In this document: positions 34,519 to 41,633 of the stretch, piece after piece
Layout: the number at the start of each line of letters is the position of its first letter
Numbering within the stretch: the first letter of the stretch is position 1
DNA from: Kofleriaceae bacterium
GTDB taxonomy: Bacteria; Myxococcota_A; Polyangia; Haliangiales; Haliangiaceae
Direction: 5' to 3'
Length of the DNA: 41,633 bases
NCBI GenBank assembly: GCA_018057825.1
Contig: JAGPCY010000020.1
Location: 1-41,633, forward strand
Notes under the pieces: model-generated
The model's database searches: none
What the model was told of the DNA's origin: nothing
What the model saw: only the letters and a program-made list of their open reading frames with translations
Translations under genes and position numbers: made by a program

Positions 34519-36512
34519 GGCATGGGCGGCATGGGAAGATCGGCCTGCTGGGAGCTGACCGCCACGCCGAAGCGGGTCAGCATGATCGGGTCGTCGCGGT
34601 TGTCGCGGTTGTTGTCTATGAACAACCGGACCGAGGCCAGTCGCGGCGCGACGGCCTCGCCCAGGAGGGCGGTCATCGCGGACAGGAGTCGATCGGGGTC
34701 GTCGCTGCCGATAGTGGCCGACAGCGTGACCTGCCCGTCGAAGGTCGCGATCGCGATGGTGTCAGCGTGGTCGTCGTCGTTCATGTAGAGCGCGACCAGC
34801 GCCGACGGTCGCCCAGGCAGCGGGTGATCGACGGCGCCGTCGGGCACCAGGCGCAGCTCGGGATCGCGGCGCAGGCGGTACGACAGCGCGCGGTAGCCGC
34901 TCGGGGTGGAGACCGCACCGACCAGCGCCCTGTCGGTCGACTCGGGGGACGCGCCCGCCAACGGCAGCGGGCTGATCGGACCGACGAACGGCGTGGCCAC
35001 GGGCTGCATCAGGGCGGTATCTCTCGGGCCGGCGAGCGCCAGGTACAGGACGCGGCGGCCGTCGGGGGTGACCTGTTCGAAGGCGAGCACGAGGTCGTCG
35101 TCGTTGTCGTCGTCGTTGTTGTTGTCGTTGTCGTCGACCGATAGGCAGGCCGTCGCCAGGAGCTTTGGCTCCAGGCCCGGCCGCTCGTTGATCAGGCGGG
35201 CCAGGCGACCGACCGACGACGAGTTGGGGTCCGCGGCGGCGATCTCGGTCCCGTCATCCGACAACGTGAACCCGGCGACCGTTCCCGAGCCGTCGTCGAC
35301 CAGGAGGCCGCCGGGGTATTCGCCACATCTCCGCGCGTTCACGATCGTCGTCGCCGGTCGCCCCGGCGCCGGCGTGCCCCGTCGCCACCGCGGCGGGCTG
35401 CTATCGAGGTCGAGGACCAACCAACCGGTGGCGTCGCGGGTGATGACCCTCCCCGCGAGCTGGCCGAGGGCCTCGATTCCGTCGGCAGCGACCTGGTCGG
35501 TGCGCCGCACGCTCGGGGGATCGCCGCGCGAGCCGACGAAGGCCTCGACCCGGGCCGGCCCGACGATCGGGCGAACCAGCCCGACGGCGCGGAAGCCGTT
35601 GCTGGTCGGGACGACCACCCAGTCGGGATCGCGAACGCTCGGCTCCGAGAAGGCCGCGTTGACGCTGACGGTCGGGACGAAGGCCGGGATGCGGTGGACC
35701 TGCTCGGACCACGGCGCGCGGATCAAGACCTCGACCGGACCCGCCGGATCCAAGCAGGAGCCGGCGAGTTCCGCCGGGGGTCGTGGCGCCGGCGCGGGCG
35801 GCACCAGCGTGAACAAGGTCGCGTCGGGCGCCAGGCCGTCGCCCGGATCGGCGCCCGGCGGGGTGACCCGAGGGCCGAGCAGATACTCGCATTCCTCGTC
35901 GGCCCCTTGGCCCGGGGCGACGCGGAGGTAGGCGTCGAGGCCCGGAACCTCGACCATGAGGTTGTCCGGAGACACACGCTCGCGGGCGAAGATCTTGAGG
36001 GGCTGGACGGGAGCTGGCGCATTGGGGCCGAGCCGCAGGCTGGGCAGGAGCGCCGGGCTCGGCAGCACCTGCGTGATGATCGCCGGCGCGATCGGGATCG
36101 CGATCTCGACGTCGTCCTCGATCGCGCCGACCGCAGCGCAACCGCCGGCGATGATCTGGTTGCGAGCGTCGTAGCCGGTGACGACGATCTGCTTGTCGGC
36201 CAGGCGCGGGACGTCATCGAGCCGCAGCGGTGGGAACGCGCCGCCGCGCGGACGCGAGCCTCGGGTCACGGTCTCGAGGGCGGCGTCGAGAGCCTCGGTC
36301 CGGTAGCGCCCCAGGGCGATGTCGCGGCAGACCGTCTCTTGGTTGACGTCGCCGAGGGTGTAGACCGCGACCTCGACGCGGGTGACCTCGGCCGCCAGAT
36401 CGGTCCGCTCGCCGTAGTCGAAGACGACGGCGAGCGTCGGGTCGGTGCACCCGGACGCGGCGATGGCGGCGGCGATGGCGGCGGTCACGGCGGCCTGGGT
36501 CACCGGGCGCAT
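34515..36512 (-). CDS. Large lipoprotein (665 aa) with a poly-Asp/Asn tract
   Basis: MRPVTQAAVTAAIAAAIAASGC signal/lipobox-like. Acidic tracts VDDNDNNNDDDNDDD and IDNNRDNRDD. High GC3. Leads the lipoprotein array. Confidence 0.6.
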   Translation of the reverse strand: MRPVTQAAVTAAIAAAIAASGCTDPTLAVVFDYGERTDLAAEVTRVEVAVYTLGDVNQETVCRDIALGRYRTEALDAALETVTRGSRPRGGAFPPLRLDDVPRLADKQIVVTGYDARNQIIAGGCAAVGAIEDDVEIAIPIAPAIITQVLPSPALLPSLRLGPNAPAPVQPLKIFARERVSPDNLMVEVPGLDAYLRVAPGQGADEECEYLLGPRVTPPGADPGDGLAPDATLFTLVPPAPAPRPPAELAGSCLDPAGPVEVLIRAPWSEQVHRIPAFVPTVSVNAAFSEPSVRDPDWVVVPTSNGFRAVGLVRPIVGPARVEAFVGSRGDPPSVRRTDQVAADGIEALGQLAGRVITRDATGWLVLDLDSSPPRWRRGTPAPGRPATTIVNARRCGEYPGGLLVDDGSGTVAGFTLSDDGTEIAAADPNSSSVGRLARLINERPGLEPKLLATACLSVDDNDNNNDDDNDDDLVLAFEQVTPDGRRVLYLALAGPRDTALMQPVATPFVGPISPLPLAGASPESTDRALVGAVSTPSGYRALSYRLRRDPELRLVPDGAVDHPLPGRPSALVALYMNDDDHADTIAIATFDGQVTLSATIGSDDPDRLLSAMTALLGEAVAPRLASVRLFIDNNRDNRDDPIMLTRFGVAVSSQQADLPMPPMP

Positions 36513-36584
36513 TCTGCGACGATACCACCGCGCGCGAGGGCGCGGCCGATCGGGTATCCTGCGCGGGTGATCGATCGCACCACG

Positions 36585-37916
<1,332 letters not shown>

Positions 37917-37934
37917 CGACCGATCGACCGCGCG

Positions 37935-39638
37935 ATGATCGGCCAACGCATCGGCGACTACGAGATCCTGTCGGCGCTCAAGTCGGGCGGGATGGGAGAC
38001 GTGCTCCTGGCGCGGCGCCACGGGCCGGCCGGGTTCGAGCAGCTCTGCGCCGTCAAGACCGTGCGCGCCGAGCTGGCGGCGACCCCGGTGGCGCGCGCGA
38101 TGTTCCTCGACGAGGCGCGCCTGCTGGCGCGGCTATCGCATCCCGGCATCGCCCAGATCATCGACTTCGGCGAGGCCAGCGGCGTGGCCTTCATGGTGAT
38201 GGAGTACGTGCCGGGGATGAGCTTCCGCGGGCTGAGCGACAAGGCGGCGCCGCCAGCGGTGGTGTGTCAGGCGGTGGCGCAGGCGTGCCGCGGGCTCCAC
38301 GCCGCCCACGAGCTGCGCGATCTGATCGACGGCCACCTGCTGGGCGTGGTCCATCGCGACATCAGCCCCGACAACCTGATGCTCGGGTACGACGCTCGGG
38401 TCAAGGTCCTCGACTTTGGCATCGCGCTGGTCCGCGGACGGCAGGCCCCGGTGACCGAGCTGGGCACGCTCAAGGGCAAGCCGCCGTACATGTCGCCCGA
38501 GCAGCTCAAGAACCACGCGCTCGATCGGCGGTCGGACGTGTTCTCGATCGCGGTCGTGCTGTGGGAGCTGCTGGCGCGCGAGCCGCTATTCCGTGGCGAC
38601 TCGATCTACGCGGTGGCGCGCGCGGTCGAGGAGCAGGTGATCGCCCCGCCGTCGAGTCGGACCGCCGGCTTGCCCGCCGATCTCGACGACGTGGTGCTGG
38701 CCGGGCTGGCGCGCGAGCCGTCGCAGCGGCTGGCCAGCGCGGCGGCGATGGCCGAGGTCCTCGAGCGGATCGCGGCGCGCGCCGGCGGATCGTCGCTCGA
38801 GGCCTGGACCGAGCGCGCCCTGGCCGAGGAGCGCGAGCACCATCGGCGGTGGCTGGCCCAGGTGATCGCGGGTGGCCGCGCGGCGGGTGGGCCGGGGCGG
38901 CCGAGCGGGGTCGCGACCGCGATCGACGCGACCGGGGTCCGCGAGGCGACCCGGGTGACCGTGGTCGACGTCGCCGAGCCGACGATCGAGGACGTCGTCG
39001 CGCCGACCCACGAGGTCGCCGAGCGGCGCGAGGCGTCGGCGGCGGAGGCGGGGCCGACGCTGGTCGAGGCGGCCTCGGCCGACGGTGGAGCGCGGCCGCC
39101 CCGTCGGCGCTGGCCCCTCGCGCTCGGCGGGCTGGGCGGCGTCGGCGCGATCGCGGCGGTGGTCTGGAGCCTGGGGCGCGGCGGCGGCGCGGCGACGGTG
39201 GCGATGCCCGACGCGGGCGCGATCGACGCGCTGCCGGTCGACGCGGCCGAGGTCGTCGCGGGCGACGCGGCCGCGGTCGACGCGACCGCGATCGAGGACG
39301 CCGGGCCGCCGGACGCGCCCGAGCCGCGGCGCCCCGACGGTCGTCCGCCGCGCTCGCCGGTCGACGCCGCGGTCGCGGTGGCGCGCCCGATCGACGCCGG
39401 TCCCGCGGCCGCCCCGCCGATCGACGCCGCGGTGGCGACCGGACGGCTGGCGGTGCGGGCGTGGAGCCCGGCGGCCCTGGTCACCGTCGACGGGCGCGAC
39501 TGGGGCGAGACCCCGATCCTGCCGCGCAAGCTGCCGGTCGGGACCTACGAGGTCGTGCTGCGCAGTCCGCTCGACGGCGCGATCGTCCACCGCGCGACCG
39601 TGACGATCGTCGCCGGCGAGACGGTCACGGTCCGGTGA
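37935..39638 (+). CDS. Hanks-type Ser/Thr protein kinase with a C-terminal TM segment and PEGA domain
   Basis: Kinase subdomains: YEILSALKSGGMGDV, AVK, HRDISPDNLML, DFGIA, GKPPYMSPEQ. TM LALGGLGGVGAIAAVVW. PEGA LAVRAWSPAALVTVDGRDWGETPILPRKLPVGTYEVVLRS. Confidence 0.85.
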   Translation: MIGQRIGDYEILSALKSGGMGDVLLARRHGPAGFEQLCAVKTVRAELAATPVARAMFLDEARLLARLSHPGIAQIIDFGEASGVAFMVMEYVPGMSFRGLSDKAAPPAVVCQAVAQACRGLHAAHELRDLIDGHLLGVVHRDISPDNLMLGYDARVKVLDFGIALVRGRQAPVTELGTLKGKPPYMSPEQLKNHALDRRSDVFSIAVVLWELLAREPLFRGDSIYAVARAVEEQVIAPPSSRTAGLPADLDDVVLAGLAREPSQRLASAAAMAEVLERIAARAGGSSLEAWTERALAEEREHHRRWLAQVIAGGRAAGGPGRPSGVATAIDATGVREATRVTVVDVAEPTIEDVVAPTHEVAERREASAAEAGPTLVEAASADGGARPPRRRWPLALGGLGGVGAIAAVVWSLGRGGGAATVAMPDAGAIDALPVDAAEVVAGDAAAVDATAIEDAGPPDAPEPRRPDGRPPRSPVDAAVAVARPIDAGPAAAPPIDAAVATGRLAVRAWSPAALVTVDGRDWGETPILPRKLPVGTYEVVLRSPLDGAIVHRATVTIVAGETVTVR

Positions 39639-39662
39639 GCGAGCCGAGGCCCGGGCCCGGGC

Positions 39663-41450
39663 TCAGCGCGGGATGGCCAGGAGCCAGCCGGTGTCGTCGA
39701 GGAAGCCGTAGACCGCGGCGTCGTCGGCGACGGGCGGTGGACCGGTCAGCTCGCCGGGGATGGCCCAGCGCGCGCGCCGGGCGCCGCTGACCCGATCGAT
39801 CGTCTCGAGCGCGGCGCCGGTCGCGGTGATCGACAGCGCGGTCAGGCGCGGGCCGCCGAAGAGCGCGACGATCGTGGCGTCGGCGGGGCCGGGCACGCGG
39901 CGCGGCGGGCGACGATCGAGGGGCGCGATCACCAGCGCGGCCGCGCCGCTCGCGGTGATCAGCTCGTCGCCGACTCGGACCAGGCCCGCGCCCAGCGACT
40001 CGGCGGGGCCGCGTTCGAACAGCGCCACCCGGCCCGACCCACGGGCGGCGCGGTACACGCCGTCACCGGGGCGACCGAGGGAGGTGTAGTAGACGTGGGC
40101 GCCGAGCGGCAGCACCGCGGCCGGCGTGAAGCCGTCGCCGTCGACCGCGGTCGGGGTCGGCGCGTGGAACACCGCGGCCCCGCCGGCGCCGGTGGCGCGC
40201 CACAGCCGCCAGCCGTCGGCCCACCACACGTCGGTCGCGCCGATCGTCAGGCCGTCGACCCGGCCGACCTCCGTGGCCAGGGTTCGCACGGCGCCGTCGC
40301 GCTCGATCGCTCGCACCGACGCGGTGGCGGCGTCGGCGAAGGCGACCCGCCCCCGACCCGCGGCCAAGGCCTCGACCGCGCCGGCGGTGGCCAGCGGGCG
40401 CGCCGCGCCGGTCGCGCGTTCGACCGCGACGATCGCATCGGGGCGCCCGGCGCGGTCGCCGCTGGCGTAGACGACGCGGTCGCGCTCGACCGCGAGGGCC
40501 CGCGGCGCCGTCGCCACCGTCGCCAGCACCACCGCCGGGCGCGACCAGGCGCTCGGCCGAGCGATCCACCACAGCCCGGCGCGGCCGTCGCGATCGCGCA
40601 GCGTCACCACCACGCCGGCGTCGGCGACGACCAGCGGGCTGGCGTCGGCGATCAGCCCGCCGTCGACGGCCGGCGCGACCAGGCCGCGGCCGCCCCGCCA
40701 CTCGGCGAGGGCGCCGCCGAGCACGAGCAGCAGGCGATCGCCGTCCACGCCGAGGGCGCCCAGCCGGCCGCGGGCCTCGCGTCGGCGCGCGCCGGTGCGC
40801 AGGTCGACGCTGGCCAGGCCGTCGGTCGGGCTGATCCAGTACAGGCGTGGCGCGATCACGGCCACGGCCCGCGGGTCGGGGCCGGCGCTGGCCACGACGG
40901 TCGGCGCGCCGGTGGCCTTGGCGAGCGCGACGATCGCGCCGCTGGCGGTGGCCGCGAACACCCGGGTCGCGTCGGTGGTGAGCGCGACCACCGGGCCGCG
41001 CAGCCGCGTCAGCGTCCGGGCCCGGCCGGAGGCATCGACGCCGAGCACGCCGTCGTCGACGCCGAGCCAGGCGCCCTCGCGATCGGCGACCAGCGCGTGC
41101 CAGGCCGGCAAGGCCGCGACCGCGCGCAGCGCGCCGCCGCTGGTCGCGACGGTGAACAGGCGATCGGCCGCGGCCGCGTACACGCGCTCGCCGTCGCTGG
41201 CCAGGGCGAGGATCGGGCTCGGTGGGCGCGCCAGCACGACCGCGCCGCCGCGCCACGGCCGGCGCCACAGCGCGCCCTCGACGTACCAGTACGCGGCTTG
41301 GCGATCGGCCGCGACCACCGCGAGGTCGCCGTCTGCGAGCGCGATGGCGGCGGGCGGCGTCGGCGCGACCGCCGCGACCGGTCGCCCGCCGGTCCGACAG
41401 GCTGCGATCGCCGCGAGCACCAGCAGCGCCCACCGCGGCCGAACTAGCAT
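39663..41450 (-). CDS. Lipoprotein-like hypothetical protein with repetitive, beta-propeller-like sequence (595 aa)
   Basis: MLVRPRWALLVLAAIAAC signal/lipobox. Repetitive Ala/Gly/Val/Arg-rich units. High GC3. Its ATG overlaps the end of the upstream partial gene. Confidence 0.5.
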   Translation of the reverse strand: MLVRPRWALLVLAAIAACRTGGRPVAAVAPTPPAAIALADGDLAVVAADRQAAYWYVEGALWRRPWRGGAVVLARPPSPILALASDGERVYAAAADRLFTVATSGGALRAVAALPAWHALVADREGAWLGVDDGVLGVDASGRARTLTRLRGPVVALTTDATRVFAATASGAIVALAKATGAPTVVASAGPDPRAVAVIAPRLYWISPTDGLASVDLRTGARRREARGRLGALGVDGDRLLLVLGGALAEWRGGRGLVAPAVDGGLIADASPLVVADAGVVVTLRDRDGRAGLWWIARPSAWSRPAVVLATVATAPRALAVERDRVVYASGDRAGRPDAIVAVERATGAARPLATAGAVEALAAGRGRVAFADAATASVRAIERDGAVRTLATEVGRVDGLTIGATDVWWADGWRLWRATGAGGAAVFHAPTPTAVDGDGFTPAAVLPLGAHVYYTSLGRPGDGVYRAARGSGRVALFERGPAESLGAGLVRVGDELITASGAAALVIAPLDRRPPRRVPGPADATIVALFGGPRLTALSITATGAALETIDRVSGARRARWAIPGELTGPPPVADDAAVYGFLDDTGWLLAIPR

Positions 41451-41633
41451 CGCAGCCAGAACCGCTCGCCCATCCCGAACCAGTCGTCGACCGCGACCTC
41501 GGGCAGGCCGGCGGGCGCCAAGCGTCCGGCGCAGGTCCCGAACGGCCCGCGGTAGCGGCTCTCGATCACGCCGAGGTTCAGCCGGACGTCGCCGGGGACG
41601 GTCGGGGTGAAGGTCAGGTCGACCCGGCCGTCG
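41443..41633 (-). CDS. 3'-terminal part of a hypothetical protein (extends beyond the window)
   Basis: Open minus-strand frame ...VIESRYRGPFGTCAGRLAPAGLPEVAVDDWFGMGERFWLRC* ending in TAG at 41443-41445 and overlapping the next start by 8 nt. Confidence 0.35.

Noticed and set aside
40063-41610. ORFs 40063..41433 (-), 40095..41447 (+), 40795..41610 (+)
   Set aside because: Alternative frames over the 39663..41450 lipoprotein gene. Arg/Gly/Asp-rich, no signal or motifs.

Overview
This 41.6-kb window is high-GC (about 70%) bacterial chromosome. The gene content looks myxobacterial (Deltaproteobacteria/Myxococcota): many lipoproteins, an FHA-sigma54 activator next to a PEGA Ser/Thr kinase, an ECF41 sigma factor, Pro/Ala-rich linkers and strong GC3 codon bias. 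Coding density is high on both strands. I found no rRNA, tRNA or CRISPR array. Most of the long ORFs in the supplied track are antisense or out-of-frame artefacts (Arg/Pro/Gly-rich). I called genes from recognisable motifs, GC3 skew, signal peptides and translational-coupling overlaps (ATGA/GTGA). Main content, 5' to 3': (i) a lower-GC, partly degenerate accessory stretch (1-4900) with a DUF4157 polymorphic-toxin-like gene, a membrane candidate immunity gene, a truncated FGE-sulfatase fragment and a nitrilase-superfamily gene; (ii) a wHTH gene followed by a McrBC-like module whose McrB has a roughly 700-aa N-terminal extension beginning with a HARE-HTH; (iii) after two small lipoprotein genes, a 1031-aa divergent UvrD-like SF1 helicase, a roughly 200-bp hexanucleotide tandem repeat, a CPXCG zinc-finger gene and a coupled small ORF; (iv) an ECF41 sigma factor with an azoreductase-NTF2 fusion partner; (v) an orphan CoxIII/CoxIV-like pair; (vi) a second DUF4157 (x2) toxin-like gene coupled to a lipoprotein; (vii) a WGR-LRR-pentapeptide protein and two paralogous secreted proteins; (viii) a CHAD/PPK2 divergent pair and two overlapping CPA antiporters; (ix) a tandem array of four paralogous two-cysteine lipoproteins plus a large lipoprotein, divergent from an FHA-sigma54 activator + Ser/Thr kinase pair. 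The most interesting candidate for an undescribed system is the McrBC-like / helicase / zinc-finger neighbourhood (5.6-14.3 kb). The DUF4157 toxin-immunity pairs and the lipoprotein paralog array under a kinase/FHA-sigma54 pair come next. All coordinates are from reading the sequence by eye. Gene starts are uncertain by a few codons.
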